Source of the DNA: Pseudobacteriovorax sp.
GTDB lineage: Bacteria > Bdellovibrionota_B > Oligoflexia > Oligoflexales > Oligoflexaceae
Length of the DNA stretch: 64,000 bases
Assembly (NCBI GenBank): GCA_050293845.1
Contig: JBNKNM010000001.1
Location: 41,552-105,551, forward strand
Reading direction: 5' to 3'
Numbering within the stretch: position 1 is the stretch's first letter; every line of letters begins with the position of its first letter. This document shows positions 1 to 9,807 of this stretch, in pieces. The notes beneath the pieces were generated by a model. It saw only the letters and a program-made list of their open reading frames with translations, was not told the origin of the DNA and did no database searches. The position numbers were made by a program, and so were the translations under genes.

Positions 1-330
1 ATGGCACGTGCAGGATTCGTTATATTCCTACTGTCTCCCACCTTCCTGGTTGCAGATGATGCCGAGTTCTTTTCTGGTCAAGACCCTGAATCAGTGCGGG
101 AAGAATACTTCAATTATGGCATGCCGTGTGCCAAACTTGTTGAGATAAACTACTCAGAATTCTTAGCCTTGATCCATCCCAGCCACAGGGAGTTTTTCAA
201 CTCGTTTTGCCTTCCTGAAAATGTTTATACCTGTTCCGATTACAATGGCTTACTGTATCAGCAAGGGGTACTTGAAAACACCAGTGGCCCTATGTGCGAA
301 TTCATACCCTCCCCGGATTCTTCCAAGTAA
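1..330 (+). CDS. Hypothetical protein with several Cys residues; possibly exported and possibly 5'-truncated by the window edge
   Basis: 109-aa ORF starting at base 1 with a hydrophobic N-terminus; converges on the PhoH gene. Confidence 0.45.
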   Translation: MARAGFVIFLLSPTFLVADDAEFFSGQDPESVREEYFNYGMPCAKLVEINYSEFLALIHPSHREFFNSFCLPENVYTCSDYNGLLYQQGVLENTSGPMCEFIPSPDSSK

Positions 331-358
331 CAGCCACGTTAGCACTCTTACATCAAAG

Positions 359-1693
359 CTATAGTAATTTTGCTGCTTTAGAGGCTAGCTCACTTCTTTC
401 TCCCCGCTTTAAGGTAATATGGCCGGCGATAGGCTCATTCTTAAAGCGCTCAATGACGTAAGTCAAACCGTTGCTCTGGGAGTCAATATAAGGATTATCA
501 ATCTGGTAGGGGTCGCCTGTCAGAACTACCTTGGTTCCTTCCCCAGCCCTTGTCAAAATCGTTTTGATTTCATGGGGAGTCAAATTCTGCGATTCATCAA
601 CCACAAAATATTGGGCTGGCAGCGACCGGCCTCTGATATATGTTAAAGGTTCTATAGCAAGCATGCCTTGATTTATCAGCTCTTCGTAGCTCTTGCTGAG
701 GCGTTTACTACGAGGGGACCCGCTCCCCCCTCCCAATAGGAGTTCTAGATTATCGAAAATGGGCTGCATCCATGGATTGAGTTTTTCATCCAGATCTCCC
801 GGTAAGTAGCCAATATCACGACCCAAAGGAAAAATAGGGCGGGACACCAGTAATTTTTGATATTGATCTTCATCTGTGGTCTTAGTAAGTCCCGCGGCAA
901 TCGCCATCAACGTCTTTCCAGTACCGGCTTCCCCACTGATAGTCACCAAACGGATTTTGTCATCCAGTAGTACCTCCAAAGCCATGGCCTGCTCCAAGTT
1001 ACGCGAGTAGATACCCCACACCCCATCTGTGCGAGGCTCTATCATGCGAACCACCTTTTCGATACCATCATAGATGCCATACACCGATTGGTTGGGGTCC
1101 GACTCCTCCTCAAGCACTATAAATTGATTTGGTAGCAAATTTTCTTCGGGAAGACGAATCTCACGCTGAGCATAAAAGTCATTGACCACTTTTGGTTCGA
1201 CTTTGATATTAACTACTCCCGTATAAAGATGCGATATATCAACTTTATCGGCTTCAAAATCTTCCGCAGCTAAGCCAAAGGCATCAGCTTTAATTCTTAG
1301 ATTACTATCCTTAGTGATGATGGACACCCGTCGGGTATCACCAAACTGCTTTTGCAAGGTCAAAGCAATGGCCAGAATATGATTATCGGTACTATTCACC
1401 AATAACTCTGGTAAAACATCCATATTGTGGCCTAAATATACGAATAGCTGTCCTGAATCCTTGCGATCATCGAAAATAGGAATTCCGGAAGATAATGTTC
1501 CTTTAACGCGTAACTTATCAAGTATCCGTGATACTTCCCGTGCATTGCGTCCAATATCACTCATATCTTTCTTGAACGTGTCGATCTCCTCAATTACAGA
1601 AATAGGAATGACAACATCGTTATCGTCAAACTTAAAGACACTAAGGGGATTGCTTAACAACACATTGGTATCCAGAATGAAGACTTTCTTCAT
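359..1693 (-). CDS. PIN-PhoH fusion protein (PhoH2/YlaK-type RNase-ATPase)
   Basis: N-terminal PIN motif LDTNVLL and TKDSNLRIKADA; Walker A GEAGTGKT; PhoH motifs GYLPG, RGRS, DESQN, GDPYQID. Confidence 0.92.
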   Translation of the reverse strand: MKKVFILDTNVLLSNPLSVFKFDDNDVVIPISVIEEIDTFKKDMSDIGRNAREVSRILDKLRVKGTLSSGIPIFDDRKDSGQLFVYLGHNMDVLPELLVNSTDNHILAIALTLQKQFGDTRRVSIITKDSNLRIKADAFGLAAEDFEADKVDISHLYTGVVNIKVEPKVVNDFYAQREIRLPEENLLPNQFIVLEEESDPNQSVYGIYDGIEKVVRMIEPRTDGVWGIYSRNLEQAMALEVLLDDKIRLVTISGEAGTGKTLMAIAAGLTKTTDEDQYQKLLVSRPIFPLGRDIGYLPGDLDEKLNPWMQPIFDNLELLLGGGSGSPRSKRLSKSYEELINQGMLAIEPLTYIRGRSLPAQYFVVDESQNLTPHEIKTILTRAGEGTKVVLTGDPYQIDNPYIDSQSNGLTYVIERFKNEPIAGHITLKRGERSELASKAAKLL

Positions 1694-1914
1694 ACTCCTA
1701 CGTACCCCACATCAAATAAAATTTTTGAGATTATTTGTTATTTCTAACACATCTTATTGATTTCCAAAAGCAATGAATAAGATCAGGTTAAAAATGACCC
1801 ATTTCGAGAAAATAATCTATTTATTATTATATTTTGCAAAGACTGGTAATATATCTGAAGATCATTTCTCCGGCATCAGATTGATATCAGTCCTATGGAA
1901 GAGGGAGTAGCAAG

Positions 1915-4164
1915 ATGACCGAAGCCAATCATTTACTTCATAATCTCAATGTAGAAGCTCGTAGCCTATTCCAGGAGCGACAAGCGATTCTCAGTTTTGT
2001 AGATTACCTAAAACTCTTGGAAGAACAGCCGACACGTCTCATTCGTAATGCAAATCAGTATCTTTTTGACGTTTTCAATCACTATGGATTATCGGAACAA
2101 TGGTCAGAAAATGGTCACCCTAGGTGGAAAATTTTCGATATTGGGACGGAAAGAAACATCCCTATTATCGGTGCAGAATCAGTACAAGAAGAAATTTTCA
2201 ATATACTGTCCTCATTTATTCGCCAAGGCTACTCTAATAAACTCATCGTCCTGCATGGCCCCAATGGCTCTGCTAAATCCTCTATCATAGAATCACTCTC
2301 CAACGCGATGCGATACTATAGTGAAACCGAGGAGGGAGTAGTCTACAGGTTTAACTGGATATTTCCAACTGATAAGTCCTTGACTTCAAAAAGTATGGGA
2401 ATTTCGGGGCCCATTGGTTTTTCACCTGAAAAAGACGATATTGGTGGAGATTCGTTTGCCTACCTTGACGAGTCACGCATCGCCTCAAAAATTCACTCTG
2501 AATTTAGAGAAAATCCTATCTTTCTGATTCCCATGCCTCAACGGGAGCAATGGCTAAGAAAATGGTTAGCTAAGGAAAAAAATACTAGCCCTGATAATAC
2601 TGATTTGCCACCACATGTAAAACTCCCGGGTTTATCAAAACGCAACCAACTGATCTATGAAAACCTTCTTTCCGCTTATGAGGGTGACCTATCAATGGTT
2701 CTGCGCCATGTCCAAGTGGAACGTTTTTACTATAGTCGTCAATACCGTGTGGGAGTGGGAACAGTAGAGCCCCAGATGTCTATCGATGCTTTTGAAAAGC
2801 AGCTCACTATGGACCGTAACATTGCCAATTTACCCCCTGTACTCCATAATATTAGTTTTCACGAGGTTGGGGGACCTGTCATTGAAGCAAATAGAGGTAT
2901 TCTAGAATTTTCAGACATGTTAAAAAGACCTATAGAAGCTTTCAAGTATCTTCTTTCGGCAGTTGAAAAAAGCACCTTAAATTTACCATCATCTACAGCT
3001 AATCTTGATATTGTCTTCTTTGCTACCACTAACGAAAAGCACCTAGACGCTTTCAAAACCATACCTGACTTCGCGTCGTTCAAGTCACGATTCGAGCTAG
3101 TTACAGCTCCTTATCTTCTGCAAGCTAGCCAAGAAGTAGCTATTTATAAAAACGATATTGAAGCTATCCGCAAGGATAAACCAGTATGCCCTCACACCTT
3201 AAGGCTGCTTTGCCTCTGGGCTGTTATGACGAGACTTAAGCAACCAAACCCTGAGAGCTATGAAGCCAAATATCGTTCCTTGATTTCCCGCATCGACCCC
3301 CGAACAAAAGTCAAGTTATATGAGCAGGAAACTTTAAGCGACCTATTTAAATCCCAAGAAGAAAAGATACTGCAAGAGCTTCGCAAGCAGATTCGCGAAG
3401 AGTTTGACAACATTATTTCCTACGAAGGAAGATTTGGCGCATCCCCTCGGGAGATCAGGACTATCCTATACCGTGCTGCCCAAAATCAGAAATTTAAAAC
3501 TTTAACTCCCATGAGTATATTCTTCGAACTCGAGCGCTTGGTTAAGGATCGGACAGTTTATGAGTTTTTACAGCTAGAGCCCCGGGGTAAATATCACCAG
3601 CCACAGGAGTTCATTTTATACATCAAGAAAGACTTCTGCGACACCTTCGAACGTGAACTTACCAGCTCTATGCGTCTTGTCGAGGATGAGGAATATGCTA
3701 ACTTACTCAATCGCTATGTAGATCATGTTGTAGCCCATGTTAAAAACGAGAAAATATACAACAGAATCACCAATGCTTACGAGACACCATCTGAAAAAAT
3801 CATGACTGAAATTGAAAAGATCATCAAGGTTACAACACCTGTCGAACGCCACCGAGAAGCTATTCTCGGGAAGATTGCCGCTTTCAAAATAGACAATCCC
3901 AGTAAGGACATCCGGGTTGTTGAAATCTTCTCTGATTATCTTAAAGCGCTTGAAGAGCATTATTTTAAAGAAAGACAAATCTCTGTGGATAGCAATTATA
4001 AGGTTATGCTAAGCCTCAATACCGATGCGGAAAAGAATTATAAGAAAGAGGAAGTTGATCTTGCCAAAATTACTTTCGAAAACCTAAAGCAGAAATTCGG
4101 TTACGATCAAATTTCTGCTGAGGAGTGCTTACGGTTTCTCTTGACTTTTCGTAGTAAATCCTAA
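1915..4164 (+). CDS. prkA: PrkA/YeaG-family AAA+ serine protein kinase
   Basis: LHGPNGSAKS P-loop, EANRGILEFSDMLKRP, FATTNE, GASPRE; RBS GAGGGAG upstream. Confidence 0.85.
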   Translation: MTEANHLLHNLNVEARSLFQERQAILSFVDYLKLLEEQPTRLIRNANQYLFDVFNHYGLSEQWSENGHPRWKIFDIGTERNIPIIGAESVQEEIFNILSSFIRQGYSNKLIVLHGPNGSAKSSIIESLSNAMRYYSETEEGVVYRFNWIFPTDKSLTSKSMGISGPIGFSPEKDDIGGDSFAYLDESRIASKIHSEFRENPIFLIPMPQREQWLRKWLAKEKNTSPDNTDLPPHVKLPGLSKRNQLIYENLLSAYEGDLSMVLRHVQVERFYYSRQYRVGVGTVEPQMSIDAFEKQLTMDRNIANLPPVLHNISFHEVGGPVIEANRGILEFSDMLKRPIEAFKYLLSAVEKSTLNLPSSTANLDIVFFATTNEKHLDAFKTIPDFASFKSRFELVTAPYLLQASQEVAIYKNDIEAIRKDKPVCPHTLRLLCLWAVMTRLKQPNPESYEAKYRSLISRIDPRTKVKLYEQETLSDLFKSQEEKILQELRKQIREEFDNIISYEGRFGASPREIRTILYRAAQNQKFKTLTPMSIFFELERLVKDRTVYEFLQLEPRGKYHQPQEFILYIKKDFCDTFERELTSSMRLVEDEEYANLLNRYVDHVVAHVKNEKIYNRITNAYETPSEKIMTEIEKIIKVTTPVERHREAILGKIAAFKIDNPSKDIRVVEIFSDYLKALEEHYFKERQISVDSNYKVMLSLNTDAEKNYKKEEVDLAKITFENLKQKFGYDQISAEECLRFLLTFRSKS

Positions 4165-5402
4165 GAGCCTTTCTCTGGAATGATCACCTTTTGGGCAATC
4201 ATTTCGGAGATAAACTTTTTTCCATCCAGATAATCATCACCAAAGACATCAGTCAAAAATTTCCAGCCTATAGACTGCGACGATGCGAATTTTTTTAGCA
4301 CATCGTGCTTGTTTTGATTGATAAATACGCGATCTTCAACCTTCCCTTTGGATAAAAAACAAATTACATAAGGGTAATCGGAAAACTTTTGAGCGACTTG
4401 ATCATCCAATTCATTAGCCATAATTTTGACTTTCCGGCTGAGAATATAATTTCTCACAGGTAATTTCCAAATCTTTTGATGGCTTTTTCTACAATCCTTC
4501 CATAGCTCTTGAGGAAGAATTGTGTCTCCCCCCTCTTCAAGATCTGCCGGATCTAACTGATCATTGAGGCTTTTGGGAACCATTTTTACCATAGCCCTAT
4601 CGAACTTGCTTGCTTCTCGAATGTCTGACTGATTGGCAATGTCCCAAAGTTGATCCCGATAATTGCGGATTAACTCCCCGCATGCTTCAAAAAACTCTAG
4701 CTCGCGTCCAAACCAACTACCCCAAATATAGCTCCTGGCTTCTTCACTCCATCCCCCCGTCTCAGGGTCAGAGACTAATTTAATCTTTTTAGCCAGGGAG
4801 TTAACTCTTTTGATATATGACTTCACATCAAACTCCAACTGCTCCATGGCCCATTGTGCCAAGGACATTTCTATCTGGGAGCCGAGCGTTTGGACTTTGG
4901 TCCAAAAGTCATCGCCCTTGCTCCCATGATCCTTATGGCAGAAGAATGTAGAGCAAACCGAGTTTCTAAATGCGTGAACTTGGCAGTATCCATTATCTCG
5001 ATCTAGCATGGGGCAAAGGACCGTTTCACTGCGGCCAAACCTGTCATGTTCAAGATCTTCCAGGTAATCAATCCATTGCTGCGGGGTGCTATTCATCCCT
5101 TCAGGGGTTGCATACCCCGCTGTGATAATACTAGTGACGCGGTGCGCACCACTGCGCGTGTGAGTCGCTAACCCTAGAAGAAAATTGGGAATTCTAGGAA
5201 AGTAGGTGCAACATCGGTAGTCAGGTCTGTAGCCGGAAAAAATAGCTTTTGGACAGTCCATACACGTTGCACGCCGCTCTTCGGGAAAACTCAACTGGAG
5301 AAACTCTTGGGGCATCATATAGCGCCAGACACCTGGAAAAACATGATGCTGAATTTTTAAAGGATGAAAAATAGGATCGTTTACAGAATGTTTATTAGTC
5401 AT
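4161..5402 (-). CDS. Conserved hypothetical Cys-rich protein, putative Fe-S/Zn cluster (YkgJ-like cysteine pattern)
   Basis: Motifs TCMDC, CCTYFP, LCPMLD, YCQVH..RNSVCSTFFC; 413 aa. Confidence 0.6.
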   Translation of the reverse strand: MTNKHSVNDPIFHPLKIQHHVFPGVWRYMMPQEFLQLSFPEERRATCMDCPKAIFSGYRPDYRCCTYFPRIPNFLLGLATHTRSGAHRVTSIITAGYATPEGMNSTPQQWIDYLEDLEHDRFGRSETVLCPMLDRDNGYCQVHAFRNSVCSTFFCHKDHGSKGDDFWTKVQTLGSQIEMSLAQWAMEQLEFDVKSYIKRVNSLAKKIKLVSDPETGGWSEEARSYIWGSWFGRELEFFEACGELIRNYRDQLWDIANQSDIREASKFDRAMVKMVPKSLNDQLDPADLEEGGDTILPQELWKDCRKSHQKIWKLPVRNYILSRKVKIMANELDDQVAQKFSDYPYVICFLSKGKVEDRVFINQNKHDVLKKFASSQSIGWKFLTDVFGDDYLDGKKFISEMIAQKVIIPEKGS

Positions 5403-5489
5403 TGATACTCTTTACCAGAATTAATAGAAGTACTATCATTACAAAGTAACTATATGGTTTATACAGTTTCTGCAAGTACATGGGGGACT

Positions 5490-5750
5490 ATGACTGACGA
5501 CCTTACCAAAGCACTGCGTAAAATTTCCAGTGACTTACCTCCGCCCAGGCTTAATTTATCACAGCAAGAACTACAGCTACTAAAGAAAAAACTGGGGCCA
5601 CGTACTATTACCAGTATCCTTAAAGCCAAAAAACAGCTCCCTGAAAGGCGTATACCGTTTTTATTTAACAGCCTAGATTCCCAGGATGTTTTGGATGTTT
5701 TAAATAATTGTTGGGATGGCATATTAAATGCGGACAATGAAAAAGATTGA
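5490..5750 (+). CDS. Small hypothetical protein
   Basis: ORF 5454-5750; ATG at 5490 follows GGGGG and is the likelier start; fills the intergenic gap. Confidence 0.5.
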   Translation: MTDDLTKALRKISSDLPPPRLNLSQQELQLLKKKLGPRTITSILKAKKQLPERRIPFLFNSLDSQDVLDVLNNCWDGILNADNEKD

Positions 5751-5933
5751 TTTTCTTTGATTATAACTGCAAGCTAATATTTCTTAACTATACAAGAGCC
5801 CTAGGCCTGCTGTTATAAATTTCTAAAATATTCACAGTAAAGCTTGCGGAGTACACCTCCTTACGGCTATATTTTGTAAGAATTTTTTGGCTAGGAGAAC
5901 AACGAACTTTAACTTCGTAGGAGATTCAATTTT

Positions 5934-6425
5934 TTGAAGGTATTAGAAAGATCCGATCTTAGGTCCATGAAAGAGGTTCGGCTCGTAGGAGAAGGACAAA
6001 ATGAAATCGTATCAGCCATGGATGCATGGTTTAAGGCCGATGACCAAGGGCTAGACCTTGTGCTAGTCAGTTCAGAGGATGCTATTCCGCCGGTTGTTAG
6101 GATCCAAGATTTCAAAAAGCTCCAGTACGAAAAGAAAAAGAAGCAAAAGCAAAACCGCCACAAAACTGAACTCAAAGAAATCCAGCTAAAAGCTAATATT
6201 TCTGATCATGATCTCCAAACTAAAGTCAATAATATTGATCGGTTCCTTGAGCGCGGTGACAAAGTTAAGATCATAGTTCGCTTAAAGGGTCGTGAACGTG
6301 ATAACCCTCAAAGAGCCCATGCCTTGATAGACAAGGTCATGGAGTCCGTAACAGTAGCCCATAAGTTTAGCAAGCTTCCTGGCCCTATTGCCACGGCAAT
6401 TTTAGAGCCAGCTACAAACAAATAG
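5934..6425 (+). CDS. infC: Translation initiation factor IF-3
   Basis: EVRLVG, LDLVLVS, PPVVRIQDF, KEIQL..NISDHDL, FLERGDKVK..RLKGRE; TTG start 9 nt after AGGAGA. Confidence 0.93.
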   Translation: MKVLERSDLRSMKEVRLVGEGQNEIVSAMDAWFKADDQGLDLVLVSSEDAIPPVVRIQDFKKLQYEKKKKQKQNRHKTELKEIQLKANISDHDLQTKVNNIDRFLERGDKVKIIVRLKGRERDNPQRAHALIDKVMESVTVAHKFSKLPGPIATAILEPATNK

Positions 6426-6442
6426 CAACCCCCCAGCACCGT

Positions 6443-6469
6443 AAGAAAGAGCATAAGCTCTTTCTTTTT
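6443..6469 (+). terminator. Intrinsic terminator after infC
   Basis: AAGAAAGAGC-ATAA-GCTCTTTCTT followed by TTT. Confidence 0.8.
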
Positions 6470-6664
6470 CAATTTAAAAACTTAGTTAGGTTTAAGTTCT
6501 TGGCAAAGGTCTCATTTTCTTTTTGATAAGTAATTTCTCTTAACTCTTTTCACTAGTTCCCATAAATCCTCAAAAATCCTATAATAAGTCCTATTCTTTT
6601 CTACATACAAAGTTTTCATAAAGTATCTTCAAAGCGTCCCATGGACTAAACAAGGAGGCTCACC

Positions 6665-7063
6665 ATGGAAACAGCGGAAAGCCATGCAATAAACGCAATT
6701 TGGAAGACCGATCTGAAATCACCCGAGGAAAAGCTAATCCTTTATCAGCTGGCTTCGAAGCATGAGCTGGGAGAACGCTATTCCTCTTCATGGAAGCACA
6801 TCGATCAATTCTTAAAAGATTTTAAAACAAGATGGTGCCCCTTGAAGGAGTTAAAAGATAGCACACAGTTAAGTGATGTTAAGCTAAAGAGAACACTAGC
6901 AGAATTACTCAACAGAAAGTACATAGAGTCCAATGAAATTCCTGTTAAACTGAAAAGGAATCGAGAAAACTCTGCGGAGACGCAATCAATTTATGCCATT
7001 ACACCTAAGATTTTTGAGGAGTTTGCTACTGTCGTGGAAGAGCAGCAAGTATCGAACTCTTAA
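6665..7063 (+). CDS. Hypothetical protein, possible winged helix-turn-helix DNA-binding domain
   Basis: Strong RBS AGGAGG; LKELKDSTQLSDVKLKRTLAELLNRKYIE resembles HTH plus wing. Confidence 0.6.
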   Translation: METAESHAINAIWKTDLKSPEEKLILYQLASKHELGERYSSSWKHIDQFLKDFKTRWCPLKELKDSTQLSDVKLKRTLAELLNRKYIESNEIPVKLKRNRENSAETQSIYAITPKIFEEFATVVEEQQVSNS

Positions 7064-7637
7064 CAAAATTCCCTTAGCTATATTGCTGATCATATTGTGT
7101 TTTAATGGTGCTCCCGCTCAGGGAGCTCACCATTTTATTTCCACAATGATTGGGGGAGGTTATACTTTTGCTCAGAGTAAGCAAGGGCCATTAGCCACCC
7201 TACATAATGCGGCTAGTTTACGTATAGGCATCGATCCGCAAATGAAAATCCCATTTTTCTGGGGTTTTGATCTAGAGACATTTCGCATACAAAAATCTAA
7301 TAACCAACGCTTATATGACCACCATCATGGCTTTGGCGCTCAGTTTATTCTAGGTATCACAGTTCCTGAATATAGTTTTTGGCTGGGCGGCGGATGGGGG
7401 CGTATCCTAGTGAACAACAACTATAATGACATGCCATCACAGGAATCGAGCCGTTACCAAATGCATGGGGCTTCTATTGGAGGAAGTTTAGCCATATATC
7501 AGCAAAAATACGCCCGTGTCGATTTATTCTCACAACTCAAGCTAGTAACTACTGACAAAACATGGCGCCAAAGATATCAATACAAACATCTCCGATTTTT
7601 CTCTATCCTAATGGCTATTACAATTATTGATATTTAA
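6993..7637 (+). CDS. Hypothetical exported/outer-membrane beta-strand protein (start uncertain)
   Basis: Signal-like segment PLAILLIILCFNGAPAQG; alternating aromatic/Gly strands. Confidence 0.5.
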   Translation: MPLHLRFLRSLLLSWKSSKYRTLNKIPLAILLIILCFNGAPAQGAHHFISTMIGGGYTFAQSKQGPLATLHNAASLRIGIDPQMKIPFFWGFDLETFRIQKSNNQRLYDHHHGFGAQFILGITVPEYSFWLGGGWGRILVNNNYNDMPSQESSRYQMHGASIGGSLAIYQQKYARVDLFSQLKLVTTDKTWRQRYQYKHLRFFSILMAITIIDI

Positions 7638-7656
7638 ATAAAACGAGAATGTCACT

Positions 7657-8607
7657 ATGTCAGATATAAATCCAACAAAAATTATTGTCGGCAGCTCAAA
7701 CCCCACCCTAGGCTTGTCGATTTGCGAGCACCTAGGAGCCGAGCCCTGTAAAAGCGAAGTCATTCAATTTAGTGAAGGAAATACTTTCGTACGCATCTTA
7801 GAAAATGTCCGTGGCCGGGATGTCTATATTATTCAGGGAGTTTCTTATCCTGTTAATCAAAATTTCATGGAGTTATTGTTTTGGATCGACGCAGCTAAGC
7901 TTGCTTCAGCAGCTAAAGTGACTGCGGTGATACCTTTTTTTAGTTATGCTAAAGCAGACAAGAAAGACGAACCGCGGGTTTCTATCCGAGCCCGTGTTTG
8001 CGCTGATGCCCTGGAAGCTGCTGGGGTTGATCGTGTCCTAACAATGGACCTCCACTCGCCGCAAATTCAAGGGTTTTTCAAACGGCCTGTAGATCACATG
8101 CACGCTAAATTTCGTATTTGTGACTATATTCGCAAAAAAGGGCTCTCTGATCTTGTTGTCGCTTCTGCCGACGTAGGCTACGGAAAAAACGCCTTCAAAT
8201 ACGGTGATATACTGAGAGTCCCTACTGTTATTGGCAATAAAATGAGAGTTGACCACAGCGAGTCCGCTCAGGTTTGGAGCGTTGTTGGCGATGTAAAAGA
8301 TAAAAACGTACTAATCGTTGACGATATAGTATTTACGGGTGGTTCTCTTATTGCTATGACAGAACAGGTCAAAAAATTAGGTGCAAAATCAGTCATTGCA
8401 GCAGTAACCCATGGTGTATTAACCCCAGGCGCGACTGCAAAAATCGATGCCAGTGCTATAGACGAACTAGTGATCACAGATACTGTTGAATATCGTTTTG
8501 ATATACTTAGTAAAAAGGTCACATCCATTTCCGTCGCTGCTGAATTTGCTAAGGCAATCAAGTCTATCCATTCATATAAATCTGTAAGTCAACTGTTTCC
8601 TGGATAA
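7657..8607 (+). CDS. prs: Ribose-phosphate pyrophosphokinase
   Basis: FSEGN, ENVRGRDV, DLHSPQIQGFF, PRPP-binding VLIVDDIVFTGGS. Confidence 0.95.
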   Translation: MSDINPTKIIVGSSNPTLGLSICEHLGAEPCKSEVIQFSEGNTFVRILENVRGRDVYIIQGVSYPVNQNFMELLFWIDAAKLASAAKVTAVIPFFSYAKADKKDEPRVSIRARVCADALEAAGVDRVLTMDLHSPQIQGFFKRPVDHMHAKFRICDYIRKKGLSDLVVASADVGYGKNAFKYGDILRVPTVIGNKMRVDHSESAQVWSVVGDVKDKNVLIVDDIVFTGGSLIAMTEQVKKLGAKSVIAAVTHGVLTPGATAKIDASAIDELVITDTVEYRFDILSKKVTSISVAAEFAKAIKSIHSYKSVSQLFPG

Positions 8608-8871
8608 TAATAGGCGGTGGATTCTGAAAAGTTCGTGTAAAAACTAGCCGATAATTTTTCAATGACAGCAAAGTACAGGGATTCAGACATTTTTTTTACA
8701 TTTCTCGAGCATGCTTTACATCAGAGCTGCTCTGTATTCCATAACCATATCCCACCTGCTTTCAATGTAAAATAAAATTCACTGCCATAAATGCTCTAGA
8801 CAAGCTTAGCCGCACAAGTGTATTCCAAATAAAAGGACTTGCCAATTTTATTAATACCAGTGAGGACGCAA

Positions 8872-9804
8872 GTGAAAAATACCAAACAACAGTGGTCACT
8901 CATATTAGGTGGATCCAGTGGCATGGGACTTGCTGCTGCTAAAAAGCTTGCCCAACATGGTCATGCTCTGATTATAGTCCATAGAGATCGCAAGAGTGCT
9001 ATGAAAACAATTGAACCAGAGTTTAAAAAAATAAGAGAAACCGCAGCTGCTCTTATCACCATCAACAAAAATGCCCTTGATGATGACTGCCGTCAGGGCA
9101 TCCTTAGTGAGATCGCAGACAAAATACAAGACGGTCAAATTAATTTCCTACTTCACTCCATAGCTCTGGGTAACTTGCGAAAAATCGCCCCTGATATACA
9201 GCAAAAACCCACACAGCACTTAGAAGTGCTGGCGACCAAACTAGGAATCTCAGCAAACGAGTTGACGACAGCCATTCAAGATCTTAGTACTTCCCATCCG
9301 GTATGGGATAACATGCTTGACAAGCCGCCCCTAGAGAGGGCCAGCGACAATCTTTTAAATGCCGAGGATTTTTCCCAAACTATCGCCTACATGGGGTTTG
9401 ATATTCTCCTTTGGGTCCAGGATATATTTCGCCGGGGGATGTTTGCCGCCGATTCTAGGGTTATAGGGCTCACTTCTGAAGGCAATACCAAGGCCTGGGA
9501 TGGATATGCCGCCGTCGCTGCTGCAAAATCTACTTTAGAGTCTGTATCCCGCGCTATTGCCAAAGAGTTTGCCCCTCACGGTATCCGCAGCAATATAATT
9601 CAGGCTGGAATTACAGATACTCCTGCATTAAGATTGATACCGGGACACAGGAGTATGATTGCTAGTGCTGTGCAACGTAACCCGCTTTCACGCCTGACGA
9701 CTCCTGAAGATGTTGCCAATGCCATTTACCTATTGTCCTTACCCGAAGCCCATTGGATAAACGGAGCGCTGCTACATGTGGATGGTGGCGAGCACATAGT
9801 ATAG
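8872..9804 (+). CDS. Enoyl-ACP reductase, FabL/FabI-type SDR
   Basis: GGSSGMG Rossmann motif, Y-x6-K (YAAVAAAK), TDTPALR, VDGGE; GTG start at 8872 after GAGG. Confidence 0.8.
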   Translation: MKNTKQQWSLILGGSSGMGLAAAKKLAQHGHALIIVHRDRKSAMKTIEPEFKKIRETAAALITINKNALDDDCRQGILSEIADKIQDGQINFLLHSIALGNLRKIAPDIQQKPTQHLEVLATKLGISANELTTAIQDLSTSHPVWDNMLDKPPLERASDNLLNAEDFSQTIAYMGFDILLWVQDIFRRGMFAADSRVIGLTSEGNTKAWDGYAAVAAAKSTLESVSRAIAKEFAPHGIRSNIIQAGITDTPALRLIPGHRSMIASAVQRNPLSRLTTPEDVANAIYLLSLPEAHWINGALLHVDGGEHIV

Positions 9805-9807
9805 AGG

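Noticed and set aside
5459..5737. Minus-strand 92-aa ORF
   Set aside because: Shadow of the + strand ORF 5490-5750, which has a better RBS and composition
8627..8654. GCCGATAA sigma-28 -10 box upstream of the FAS cluster
   Set aside because: The -10 is perfect but there is no TAAA at 15-nt spacing, and it lies more than 200 nt from the start codon
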